NCBI GenBank assembly: GCA_963832745.1
Contig: CAWHVC010000005.1
Span: forward strand, 192,001 to 256,000
Direction: 5' to 3'
Length of the DNA stretch: 64,000 nt
DNA from: Candidatus Bathyarchaeota archaeon
Lineage (GTDB): Archaea; Thermoproteota; Bathyarchaeia; Bathyarchaeales; Bathycorpusculaceae
Of the stretch, positions 20,782-30,692 are shown piece by piece. The notes beneath the pieces were generated by a model. It searched no databases, was not told the DNA's origin, and saw only the letters and a list, made by a program, of their open reading frames with translations. The position numbers and the translations under genes were made by a program. Within the stretch, counting starts at the first letter, position 1; the number at the start of each line of letters is the position of its first letter.

Positions 20782-22072
20782 ATGATGAAGAAATTTGACT
20801 TACCCGCAAGCCTATTCGCGGCTTCTTTTGCCATATTACTAGTAATTTGTAACCTATGCTTTTTAGGCATTACTTCAGCAAACTTTTCGTACCCCCCAAC
20901 CGAGTTGCCATACATCTATATTACGCCCACTGGAGAGATAACGCCCCAAACTTAGCGAAATCCAGCGTATTGACGACACTTACCGTTTTAGTGGCGACCT
21001 TCATAATTGGACTTTAGCAATTCAAAAAAGTAATGTTGTAATTGATGCCGCTGGATATGCGCTTGTTGGTAATGGTGTCGGCAAAGGCATTGTTATATCA
21101 GATGTAAGTAACGTTACCATTAAAAATGCGGTCTTAAAAAATTTAGCCGAGGGCTTCTTGTGTCAGCAGTCTTCAAATTTTAGCATAACCGAAAATATAG
21201 TCCAAGAATGCAATGTGGGGATTCATTTAATTTCAACCCAAAACGTCTCTATAACCACAAACAGGATTGCAAAAAGTCTTTCAGCCATCGAAGTCTTTGG
21301 CTCAAACGGCATCAGCATTATTGGCAATGAAATTCTTGAGAGCAAACACAACGGTGTAACCCTTAACATAGGACAATATAACCTGCCTAATTGCAATAAC
21401 ATTTCCATTTTGGGTAACAATATAACTTCAAACTTGGAAACGGGTGTTGAACTGTTTTCCTGTTCCAACTCCAACGTTGAAGACAACTTGATTGCGGGCA
21501 GTCAAAACGGCGTGTACCTTTACGGTTCGCTAAAACAAAATAACATAGCAAACAATACAATAATGAATAGCACTATCGGCTTAAGTTTAGTCTCTGATGT
21601 CTCCTTTAACACTGTGACAGGAAACCACATAGCAGACAACAAATGCGGCATCTACATTTTAGAGTCAAGCCACAACCTATTTTACAACAACAACCTAATA
21701 GACAACCAAAGACACGCAAACATTGACTCGCCTACAGATATTGACGATTCCCCGCAAGCACCTTTTTTTGTTTCCGAGATTTCGGTTAACACTTGGGATA
21801 ATGGGGCTCAAGGAAACTATTGGAGCAACTACGCAGGTACTGATGCTGACTCAAACGGAATAGGCGACACGTCCCACAGTTTAAATGCTAACAATATTGA
21901 CCGCTACCCTCTTATGGATCCCATAGAGAACGCCCATGTAAATCCACTGAATAATCCCGAGCAGATTGAGACTTCCCCACTGCTGATTGTTGCGTCCGTT
22001 GCCTTAGTGGTGACTGCAACAGTACTCATAGCAATAATTTACCATAGAAAAAATAATCCAGCAACAAGATGA
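20782..22072 (+). CDS. NosD/CASH beta-helix surface protein, +1 frameshift near 20952
   Basis: MMKKFDL...signal...YIYITPTGEITPQT, then in the +1 frame SEIQRIDDTYRFSGD...VIDAAGYALVGNG, joining ORF 21158..22072; GNYWSNYAGTD, C-terminal TM. Confidence 0.82.
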
Positions 22073-22363
22073 CAACTAGAGAAGCTATAGCTTGTTTTGA
22101 CATCTCTAATAAGGCAAAAAAGACAGGGGTGATATAGGTTTTCCCGTTAGACACCTATTGATGCTGGAAATCTCAAGTCAAGCAGATTTTATGTAAGAAA
22201 GTAAAGCAAACAGAGACCAACAACTGCTTGTGCAAGACGCCACAACCAAAAAAACAAACCCAGACAGCAGCAGAACCAAAAAAGCAACAGCAAACATAAC
22301 CTGCTGGTTGTTGTTGTGCTAAGAGACTCTGCGGCAACAACTTCAAAAACAAAAAAAGTTAGT

Positions 22364-23077
22364 TTATGGTGTACGCAAGTCAATAACTGTGGTTCCAGCA
22401 AACTTGTCAAAGTAACGTTTGAACATTTCATTTTTAATTCGCAACCCAATTATCACGTCAAAAGGCAGCAATGGCAAGAGTTTTCCAAAGTTACGCACTG
22501 CAGCATGGTCATACGACATTTTTTTGCCATCCGTCCGAACCACTTTTAATCCGATGATGCGTTTGCCTAAGCTTTGACCGTTAAAACCTTCAAGCAGCGT
22601 TGAGTACAACCAAAGAAGGCCAACAGTGATGAACAACATGGTGCTAATTGATTCTGTAAGCATTTGTGTGGAATACATAAAGATTTGAGGCAAAATCGTT
22701 ATTGCCATTGTAATCGCCAAAATCAATGCGAAGTCAATCAAGTAAGCAGATAATCTTTTGCTAAAAGACGCCAATGGAAGCTGTGACTGTTTACGTTCAA
22801 CATCTGCTACTTCTGCCCAGCCTTCCACGTCATGAATTACTCGAACAGCGCTTTCTCCTGCTCTGCTGAGGCGGTATTTGCCGCTGGGAGTCTGCTCGAT
22901 AAATGGCGATAGAGTACGCAGGTGGAAACTAAGTTTACCTGTATCAACCTTTAGCAGGTTAAGCAGATCCGTGAAAGATGACTCGCCCTTCTCGCTTAAA
23001 TCCAGAAGAATTTCTCTCCGCAACGGATGAGACAGCACAGATAGTATTTTTGAAACGTTTCCTTGATCTACTGCCAT
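22364..23077 (-). CDS. ArsR-type HTH fused to an RDD membrane domain
   Basis: LSHPLRREILLDL...LSFHLRTL HTH; ASFSKRLSAYLID, GQSLGKRIIGLKVV, DKFAGTTVI RDD motifs. Confidence 0.85.
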   Translation of the reverse strand: MAVDQGNVSKILSVLSHPLRREILLDLSEKGESSFTDLLNLLKVDTGKLSFHLRTLSPFIEQTPSGKYRLSRAGESAVRVIHDVEGWAEVADVERKQSQLPLASFSKRLSAYLIDFALILAITMAITILPQIFMYSTQMLTESISTMLFITVGLLWLYSTLLEGFNGQSLGKRIIGLKVVRTDGKKMSYDHAAVRNFGKLLPLLPFDVIIGLRIKNEMFKRYFDKFAGTTVIDLRTP

Positions 23078-23099
23078 TTTTCAAAACCTAATTTTTCAA

Positions 23100-23127
23100 T
23101 TCCATAATTTTCTCCAATTTTATGGAA
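23100..23127. promoter_or_regulatory. Inverted repeat TTCCATAA-N12-TTATGGAA; candidate autoregulatory operator
   Basis: 8-bp perfect arms between a minus-strand TATA (~23166-23172) and the ATG at 23077. Confidence 0.4.
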
Positions 23128-23244
23128 GATTTTGGCATTATATCGTTAGGATTTGACGTCCTCCCATATAAGCACCACCTTAGAAACCATGTTTTTTCAC
23201 GAGTGAGTACATCTTAATAAGGGCAAGCAATTTAGCATATATGT

Positions 23245-24144
23245 ATGTCAAGTGCCGACCTAGCAGTAAGGGTTTTTCGTCAATTAGAGAGCGAAGACTT
23301 CCGTACTTTAAATATAATTGAGGCTGCAATGAGCAAACGCGAGTTTGTACCAAGAGAGCAAATACAAAAATACGCTAAAGTACCAATGGACAGGGTAGAT
23401 TTCACCCTTAACAAACTAAACAAACTTGGCTTAACAGGCTACACCAAAGGCGCTTACATTGGATACACCTTAAACTATGTGGGCTACGATTGCCTAGCAA
23501 TAAACGCACTCGTGAAAGCAGGCGTAATCTCGTCTTTCGGGCAAACCATCGGTGTAGGCAAAGAAGCAGAAATCTATAATGCATTAACACCTGACGGCAA
23601 AACAATCGCAGTCAAATTCCATAGGCTTGGAAGAATAAGTTTTAGGCAAACACGCAGAAAACGAGGATACGTCAGGGAACATTCCACGTGGCTGTTTCAG
23701 TCACATCTAGCTGCAGAAAAAGAATTTCAGGCATTGCAACTAGTTTACAAGAACGGAGTATCAGTGCCAGAACCCATAAGTCACAACAGGCATGTCATTG
23801 CAATGGGCATAATTGAAGGCGGCGAATTGTCAAAATGGCGAAAAATCACCAACCCAAAACGTGTCCTTAAAGAAATAATGCGCAATGTTCGAAAAGCTTA
23901 CCTTAAAGCGCATGTAATCCATGGCGACTTAAGCGAGTACAACATTATTTTGAAGCCAGACATGCACGTGTTGATTATTGATTGGCCCCAATATGTAATG
24001 ACTGACCATCCTAACGCGGCAGAATTACTTCTAAGGGATGTTCAGAACGTTTTAACGTTTTTTAACCGCAGATTTGACGTGGAAGCTGAAACTCAGCTTG
24101 TCTGCGATTATGTTACGGGTAAAGTTAGAAACGTGATTTTTTAG
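23245..24144 (+). CDS. rio2: RIO2-type serine/threonine kinase
   Basis: N-terminal wHTH, GVGKEAEIY, VKFHRLGRISF, IHGDLSEYNI, IIDWPQ. Confidence 0.92.
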   Translation: MSSADLAVRVFRQLESEDFRTLNIIEAAMSKREFVPREQIQKYAKVPMDRVDFTLNKLNKLGLTGYTKGAYIGYTLNYVGYDCLAINALVKAGVISSFGQTIGVGKEAEIYNALTPDGKTIAVKFHRLGRISFRQTRRKRGYVREHSTWLFQSHLAAEKEFQALQLVYKNGVSVPEPISHNRHVIAMGIIEGGELSKWRKITNPKRVLKEIMRNVRKAYLKAHVIHGDLSEYNIILKPDMHVLIIDWPQYVMTDHPNAAELLLRDVQNVLTFFNRRFDVEAETQLVCDYVTGKVRNVIF

Positions 24145-24383
24145 TGCTTGTTTGCATCTAAAACAATGTAGAGGATGTTGTTTCCTCTTAGTAGTACATT
24201 GCCGTAGTTTGTGAGGGCTTGTTCATCCTTGTATTCGGTTGCGCCTTCAAGAAGAATGTTCATGTGGCCATCACATTTTATCATTTTACCTTTGTATTCA
24301 CATCCGTTTTTGAGAACAACTTCGATGTTTCCGTGCAACTGTTTTATTAGTACGTTCAACGGTTTTTTACTTGGTTCCATCAT
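24141..24383 (-). CDS. Lsm/Sm-like archaeal protein (SmAP)
   Basis: KPLNVL...VVLKNG.EYKG....DGHMNILLEGA...GNVLLRGNNILYI. Confidence 0.92.
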   Translation of the reverse strand: MMEPSKKPLNVLIKQLHGNIEVVLKNGCEYKGKMIKCDGHMNILLEGATEYKDEQALTNYGNVLLRGNNILYIVLDANKH

Positions 24384-24542
24384 AGCTACCGTGTTCCTTT
24401 GAGCATTAGTTAATATCCAAAACCCATCACCAAATATAAAAGGCTTATGAAAGTTATAACCCTAAAGCAAACAAGAGCTAACCAAATACCAAAAAAACTA
24501 ACTGCTAAAATTCAAAAGATTGACAAAAAAAATAGGCACAAA

Positions 24543-25220
24543 TTAGTTTTGCTTCAATAAAGCGTCATCATTTTGACTAAGTAAACCTAAAACTTGAGTT
24601 ACCTCATCAATAGTATGCTTTTTACTGCTAAACCGGACAATAACCGAATAATTCAACCGTTTCCCAGTTTTCCTTAACAACTCGACCGCTTGAACCTCAT
24701 TTTCCAAATGAAACTTTTTTGGGTTTGTGTAGATTTTTACAGCGTCAATGTTACCTTCAGGCTCAATATAAGCATCAGGACATGTTACCTTAAGCTTCTC
24801 CAAAAATCCTGTTAAGCCAGTGTAGGTTTCTGCAGAGTTGATTGCATCAAAAAGTCGGCATATGGTGATGTATGTTGGTTCCAATTCTTGTGTGTACCCA
24901 ATGCAATTTATGCTCAAGTTCCAAGCTGAAGCGTTAAGATTTCGGATGCCATCGACGGTTTCATCATGCTCTATGTTGAAGCCTTTTTTAAGGGCAGTCC
25001 TTATTTTGTCACAGTTAAAATTGAAGAGACATTTTTTGAGTGTTAGTTTAACGTTGCCGTCAAAATCAATTGCCAAATCCAAGTTTACGTTTTCGCCGGG
25101 AATAAAGTAGCCTTTTGGCAGGTAAAGAACTGCTGAGTTTCCGCATCTTGATATAGTGCGTTCCTGTTTTTTCTTTACAGCCAAAGGCATGTTTGTTACA
25201 ACCTTAATAGGCATCACCAT
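24543..25220 (-). CDS. Hypothetical protein with an N-terminal AbrB/SpoVT-like domain
   Basis: RTISRCGNSAVLYLPKGYFIPGENV resembles the swapped-hairpin motif. Confidence 0.55.
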   Translation of the reverse strand: MVMPIKVVTNMPLAVKKKQERTISRCGNSAVLYLPKGYFIPGENVNLDLAIDFDGNVKLTLKKCLFNFNCDKIRTALKKGFNIEHDETVDGIRNLNASAWNLSINCIGYTQELEPTYITICRLFDAINSAETYTGLTGFLEKLKVTCPDAYIEPEGNIDAVKIYTNPKKFHLENEVQAVELLRKTGKRLNYSVIVRFSSKKHTIDEVTQVLGLLSQNDDALLKQN

Positions 25221-25293
25221 TAAACGGCGGGTAATAACGTTTTCTTAGAAAGAAAACAACAAGTCTACAGTTACCAAACGTTTCTGGTAGTGA

Positions 25294-26247
25294 CTAAACG
25301 CCTACTACTTCAAACAAGTATTGAAACAGCACAAAAAGTGCGTAAACACTTATCAAAAATACGGCGTCATTTTTGCTGATTTTGCCGCCTTTGGAACGGA
25401 AATATACGAACACTATTGACGCCGCCACAAACACGCCAGCAGTTAAAGGAGAAGCCAACTTTGGCACCTTAATTGGATTGATAAGTGCTATTACACCTAT
25501 AGTTAACATTGAATCTGCCAAAACGTTGCCCAAAATGTTGCCCATTCCAATATCGCATGCATTTGATTCAGCAGAACGAACCGCAAACGCCATCTCAGGT
25601 AGGCAAGTTCCAATAGCAACAACAACCCCTATCAAAAACAGGGGCAACCCAAAAACGTCGCTCAATTCTTGGGCTGACTGAGTTACCAGTTCGCTGCCAA
25701 GGAACAAGACGGTTACTCCAATGATTAACATGAAAACTGTAATGCCTAACCGGATTACTCTTTTTGAAAAACGCATACTTTCAAGTGCCTGCTTTTCTTT
25801 ACGGCCAGTCCAAAGCAGCCAAATAACGTAAACGGCGAAAGCAGAAACAAGTATTATGCCGTCGATATGGGAGATTTCGCCGTCCAAAAGCAAAAACACT
25901 GGCAGAAGTACGGCTATAAAGCTTATTTTTAAGTTTTTTAGCATGCTGGAAGTCATTTTTTCGCATCCTGCAAGCAGCACCACAATGCCTATGACTAACG
26001 TTAAGTCGGCAACGTTTGCGCCTAGAATAACACCTAAACCTAATGTGGAGGTTCCGTTAAGAGCAGACAGGACACCAATGGACAATTCCGGGAGAACTGC
26101 AAGTGTGCCAGCGATTACGACGCCCGTGATAAATGTGGAAAGCCGAAAAAACTTTGATAAGTTTAAAAGCCGTTTTATGGCTTCGTCTGCACCGTAAACT
26201 ACGATGGCGATTCCAGCGAATAGAACTAAAAAAGTGTACCACTGCAT
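25294..26247 (-). CDS. Sodium/calcium exchanger (CaCA, YrbG-like)
   Basis: Two alpha repeats (LPEL...GVILGANVAD; GTCLPEM...GNILGNVLAD); about 10 TMs. Confidence 0.88.
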   Translation of the reverse strand: MQWYTFLVLFAGIAIVVYGADEAIKRLLNLSKFFRLSTFITGVVIAGTLAVLPELSIGVLSALNGTSTLGLGVILGANVADLTLVIGIVVLLAGCEKMTSSMLKNLKISFIAVLLPVFLLLDGEISHIDGIILVSAFAVYVIWLLWTGRKEKQALESMRFSKRVIRLGITVFMLIIGVTVLFLGSELVTQSAQELSDVFGLPLFLIGVVVAIGTCLPEMAFAVRSAESNACDIGMGNILGNVLADSMLTIGVIALINPIKVPKLASPLTAGVFVAASIVFVYFRSKGGKISKNDAVFLISVYALFVLFQYLFEVVGV

Positions 26248-26352
26248 TTATAATCAAAAAGTAAAAAACAGTCAACGCGTATTAATAGCTACTCAGCGCT
26301 AAGTTAACAAACAAACGGTTAATTGATTAAACTTTTTTCGGAGGTACTGTTT

Positions 26353-26634
26353 CTACTTGTAAGATATGCCCATGCGTTCCATGAAATCAACTATCTTTTG
26401 GTATTCTTTTAGATATTGCTTGCCTTTTTGGGTGAGCTTATATGAAATTTGGTCTTGGATTAAACCGAGGGATTCTAAATCTGAAAGGTAACTTTTTAAA
26501 CGGTCAAAGGGAACATTCAATTTTGTTTGGATATGGATCAAAACTATCTTTTCAGTGTCTTTTCGTTCAGCCTGAAGGATAGACAAAAGGTCGCCGTAGA
26601 TCTTCATTTTATCTCTTCGGGCTATTTTCTTCAT
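26353..26634 (-). CDS. Small archaeal winged-helix transcription regulator
   Basis: RRDKMKIYGDLL...IQTKLNV...LKSYLSDLESLGLI...YKLTQKGKQYL. Confidence 0.85.
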   Translation of the reverse strand: MKKIARRDKMKIYGDLLSILQAERKDTEKIVLIHIQTKLNVPFDRLKSYLSDLESLGLIQDQISYKLTQKGKQYLKEYQKIVDFMERMGISYK

Positions 26635-27296
26635 TCAGAACGCCCTTTTTTTGATCCGTAAAAGCTTCGATAAGCAGTAAACAGGAAAAAAGCCAACCCT
26701 ACCCAGCGAAGCATCAAGCCACCATAAAAAGAGAGGTCACCACCGTCACCAGTAGCCCAAATTAACAAAGAATATTGGCTAATTCCTAGAAAAATAAATC
26801 CAAACGGAATCAAAATTGTTTTTGTATCTTTAGCTTCTAAGTGGCTTCTAATTGTATGGATAGAAATGTAAAGTAAACAAATTATGTCAAAAACTCTTAC
26901 GTATACGCTCAAAAGACGGTAATTGCTCAACGTGAATTGTGGAGCCACAAAATACAAAACAAAAAAGGAAGTCAAAGCCACAATCAGTATACTTAAAGTT
27001 ATATCCCACAGTAAACGTTTGTTTGAGGGTTTGTCGGAAAAATAATATGTAAATGTAAGAAACGCAAATGCAAATGGTCTTGCAAGAAGTTGGAACCAAG
27101 TAAGGCCAGTTATAGTGAAGCCTGAAGTAGTTGTAAGGGAATGCGAAAAAGCTGAAAGAGCGTATGAGACACCGAGAAAGCCAAACCCAAGTGGAAGACC
27201 AATGTACCGACCTTCTCTAGTGGCAAGATAGGGTTTTAATAAAAACCAAACGAGAACAAAGCAAACCGCTGCACATATCGCCTCTTCTGAGACCAA
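26631..27296 (-). CDS. Polytopic (about 7 TM) membrane protein, translationally coupled to the wHTH gene
   Basis: Repeated hydrophobic segments with a duplicated LP(L/F)GF.FLG.S motif; ATGA overlap with the wHTH start. Confidence 0.75.
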   Translation of the reverse strand: MVSEEAICAAVCFVLVWFLLKPYLATREGRYIGLPLGFGFLGVSYALSAFSHSLTTTSGFTITGLTWFQLLARPFAFAFLTFTYYFSDKPSNKRLLWDITLSILIVALTSFFVLYFVAPQFTLSNYRLLSVYVRVFDIICLLYISIHTIRSHLEAKDTKTILIPFGFIFLGISQYSLLIWATGDGGDLSFYGGLMLRWVGLAFFLFTAYRSFYGSKKGRSE

Positions 27297-27780
27297 GAAA
27301 ATGACTTCTGCTATTGATGCGATGTATTGGTTCCCCCTATATAGCGTTACTATAGTTGCAGTTTATGTTTATTTTTATTTCGCTTTTTGCCAGCAACTCA
27401 AATTAAAAGAATTAAAACATCAAACTTTATCAGACTTTCTTTGATTCAACATAAAATATTTACAGCCAGTTTTATTTTCATCTGAAAAAAATAAAAATAA
27501 CGATTTTATTATGCAGATTAACTCTTTCCAAACAACTTTTTACCCGTAAAATGTAAACTTACCGCTTGCTTTAGTCAAAATTATTCTTTAAAACAGAAAG
27601 AAAGTCTTGGAAAGATTTGATTTCAAAGGAGGGTTTGCTGAGGCTTCATAAACTAAGGAGAGAAAGAAAAACAAAACCTTCAACACAAGCAATTTTTGTG
27701 AAGAAAATTGAAGCCTTCTCAGCCCCTTCTTTAAAAACAAAAAAAGAAAAAAGGAATTGATTTTTTTGTGTATTCACGGC

Positions 27781-30408
27781 TTATTTCTTCCTTAATAATA
27801 GGAAGCCGACGAGTGCTACTACAACGATGATTGCTATGCCCATGCCTATTGTGAGTGTTGTCATTGTGTTGCTTAATGCGTCGATGTTATCGTTGTTTGT
27901 TACTGGTGTTGTTGGTGTTGCCGCTGCTGCACCTACTGAGATGCCTGTTGAAGAACTTGAGCTGCCGTAAGCTTGACTGCCTTGGAATGCAGCGATAATC
28001 TTGTAATCGCCTTGTAATTCTGGCGTCCATGTGAAAGCATATGTTCCGCTGTATGCATCTGAGATTGCTGTACCTATATCAACTGAGTTTCCGTTAGGAT
28101 CGATTGCTGTAAGCTTAACTGGAACACCTGTCATTGTTGCGTTGCCCCAAAGTCCACCAATGGGTATCTGCATGTGCAAATATTCCATTTGTGTTGTCAT
28201 TGAATCATCTGAAACACACGGTGTATCTAGTTGCGCAGGTGATAGGTCTAGTACTGTACCTTTAATTACAATACCTTGTCCCTCTGGAATTACTACGTCT
28301 GGTGCTGTGACTGTTGTTGCGCTTTGGCCTTTACCGAAAGAATATAGATATCCGTCATCTGGATTAGAGCTAAGGAGGTATCCGTCAGCGACAGCGCCGG
28401 GGCTCATTGACCCTGTTATGTTCCATATGCCTTCGCCTGTAAACATATCGATGCAGAATAGTTTCCAGCCTCTTGTTCTTGGGTATGATGGTGTGTGTTC
28501 TGTGTTGTATGTGTATAATTTGCCGTCAGCAATGAAACCGCCACCGTTGAATGGGTAACAGCTTTCGTTTCCTGAGTAGTATGATGATTCGAATGGGACT
28601 GCTGGTGATACAAAGTGCCATAGTGTGCTGCCGTCTGTCCAGTTATATGCGTAGATACCGTCGTAAGCGTTTCGGATAAGTATACCATATGCTGATTGTA
28701 CTGAGTATGCGCCGAAGCCTGCTGATGCCCATGGATAATCCATTTGTTCAGTCTTCCAGACGAAGTCACCTGTTCTAACGTTGTATGCATAGTAGTTGCC
28801 TTCTTCCATGACACAAGCAACTAATCCGTGGTCAGCTGTAAAGCTTGCAGTGCTGTATCTAGTTTCTGCATAAGTCTTGTTCCAGAGCAGATGTCCTGTT
28901 GTCAAATCAGCTCCAATCATCCATGTACCGTGGTAAACGCCTAGACCGTCTGGTGCTAGACCGTTCATCCATACGATTACGTTTGCTTCGTAGTCAACAG
29001 CGTAACCTGCATAGCCTCTAAGACCACCGTTGAAGGTTACGTATGGGAATGGTAATGAAACGTTGTTCATTATTCTGCTTGCAAAGTTTGCTGAGTTTCC
29101 AGCGGTTGTCCAGTTGATTAATCTGTATTGTGTGTTTGCACCTGTACCGATTGTTTGGATGCTAATGACGAATGGGTCTGCGTAGAAACCAGTTTGTGAA
29201 ACGCTACCTTGCATGCCACCGATTAACTGTGGAGTCAGGCCTGTAACGTTGCATGTGACTGCACCTGTGTATGGATCGATTTTTATTAGTTTGCCGCCTG
29301 CAAAGCTTATGAGTGATACGCTATAGGTTGTGTCGCCGCCTGCGCCTTCAAATGCACTTGTTGCTGGTGGAACGTATGAAACTACCTGAGGTGTTACTCC
29401 ACCTTGAGCGGTTGGGATAGCGTAGTATTGTTGTCCTGTTCGTATGTCGAAACATACTGCACAGCTTGTTGGCACACCGTTGATTGCTACGGTTTGGGTT
29501 GCATAGCCTCTTCCGTCATAGATAACGTCTGGAGCACCGCCTCTACCGGTTATTCCGTATTGTCCTGCGGTTCCACCGATCATGCCTGCTAAGGCAACTT
29601 GTTGTTTAAAGACAATGTGAGCAGTGTTTGGTGCTGTAACATATGGAACAAAGTTGTAGTTACTGCTGTATGCGTTTGTGTCTGCTGGCCAGTTGCTTCC
29701 ACCGCCTATGACACCATAGCCTGGATAGCTACCTAGAATTGGCCACCATGCTCTGTTTTCAAAGTGTACTGGGCGTGTCCAGTAGTCAGTTGGAAGTGAC
29801 GTTAAAGGCCATGACCATACCATGCTGTCTTGTACTGTAAGTGTTTGCCATTCAGTTGAATCTGGTTTATAGTAAGCTGAATCGATAACGTATGAACCTG
29901 GTGTGCCTTCATTGACTATGAAGCCATTTGTTCCCCATGTACCATTCGGGTAATAAGTGCCTGCAAAATCAAATTTGAGTTTCCATTCGCCAGCGACATC
30001 TGGTACAAATGAGAACCAACCGGTTGCATCAGCAAGATATGAATTGAATGGACCAACAGTGAAAGTTGTGTTATCTGGTTTCATGATTGTTACTGTATAG
30101 CCTATTTGGAATCTGTTAGGGTTAATTGGCGGGTTTGTCCACATGTTAACCAGTAGTGTTTGTCCTACACCGATGGGATTAGGTTGGAAGCTTAGGAATG
30201 CACGGGTATCAACTGTTATAGAGGGGTTAGCACCAGTAGGTAAGGTACCACTAACACCTGACCCAGCTTCTGTAGGCATACCGCCCATCATAACTGAGCT
30301 TTGTGCAGAGGATGCTGCGTTAGCTTCGAATGCAAAAGGAATCGATAGCAACATTATTGCAATACTGAATATAGCGATAATTTTGGTATTTAGTTTATAG
30401 TTTTTCAT
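27781..30408 (-). CDS. Large PQQ/BamB-like beta-propeller surface protein, paralog 1
   Basis: Signal peptide (MKNYKL... at 30408 after GGAG), TG..LW repeats, IADGKLYTYNTEH motif, Ig-like C-domain, TM with basic tail. Confidence 0.85.
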   Translation of the reverse strand: MKNYKLNTKIIAIFSIAIMLLSIPFAFEANAASSAQSSVMMGGMPTEAGSGVSGTLPTGANPSITVDTRAFLSFQPNPIGVGQTLLVNMWTNPPINPNRFQIGYTVTIMKPDNTTFTVGPFNSYLADATGWFSFVPDVAGEWKLKFDFAGTYYPNGTWGTNGFIVNEGTPGSYVIDSAYYKPDSTEWQTLTVQDSMVWSWPLTSLPTDYWTRPVHFENRAWWPILGSYPGYGVIGGGSNWPADTNAYSSNYNFVPYVTAPNTAHIVFKQQVALAGMIGGTAGQYGITGRGGAPDVIYDGRGYATQTVAINGVPTSCAVCFDIRTGQQYYAIPTAQGGVTPQVVSYVPPATSAFEGAGGDTTYSVSLISFAGGKLIKIDPYTGAVTCNVTGLTPQLIGGMQGSVSQTGFYADPFVISIQTIGTGANTQYRLINWTTAGNSANFASRIMNNVSLPFPYVTFNGGLRGYAGYAVDYEANVIVWMNGLAPDGLGVYHGTWMIGADLTTGHLLWNKTYAETRYSTASFTADHGLVACVMEEGNYYAYNVRTGDFVWKTEQMDYPWASAGFGAYSVQSAYGILIRNAYDGIYAYNWTDGSTLWHFVSPAVPFESSYYSGNESCYPFNGGGFIADGKLYTYNTEHTPSYPRTRGWKLFCIDMFTGEGIWNITGSMSPGAVADGYLLSSNPDDGYLYSFGKGQSATTVTAPDVVIPEGQGIVIKGTVLDLSPAQLDTPCVSDDSMTTQMEYLHMQIPIGGLWGNATMTGVPVKLTAIDPNGNSVDIGTAISDAYSGTYAFTWTPELQGDYKIIAAFQGSQAYGSSSSSTGISVGAAAATPTTPVTNNDNIDALSNTMTTLTIGMGIAIIVVVALVGFLLLRKK

Positions 30409-30453
30409 CAAGTTTTCTCCATATTTTAATTTTGTATAAAGAAGCAAATTGAC

Positions 30454-30496
30454 GAAAAACAGTTATAAGACTCACTCACCTATCGAGAGCAAAACA
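30454..30496 (-). promoter_or_regulatory. Conserved promoter/operator, copy 1 (TTATAA plus CTCACCTATCGAGAG)
   Basis: Near-identical to 33344-33386 with the same spacing. Confidence 0.7.
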
Positions 30497-30692
30497 ATTT
30501 AACTACGAATAAAAAAATTACAAAAAAATAGCAAAAAAAGATAAAAATTTTAACTCCAAAAAAAACTTGTATCGCCCACTAAAACCATACTCAAGCATTC
30601 ATTCAAAGATAATTTTAACAAGGGTTAACAGTTTTTAAGAAGAGACACCAAAACAAACCATACAACATACAAAAAAAGAAAAAAGAAGATGT

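Noticed and set aside
20953-20955. TAG as a possible pyrrolysine/readthrough codon in the NosD-like gene
   Set aside because: The protein continues in the +1 frame, not past the stop in frame
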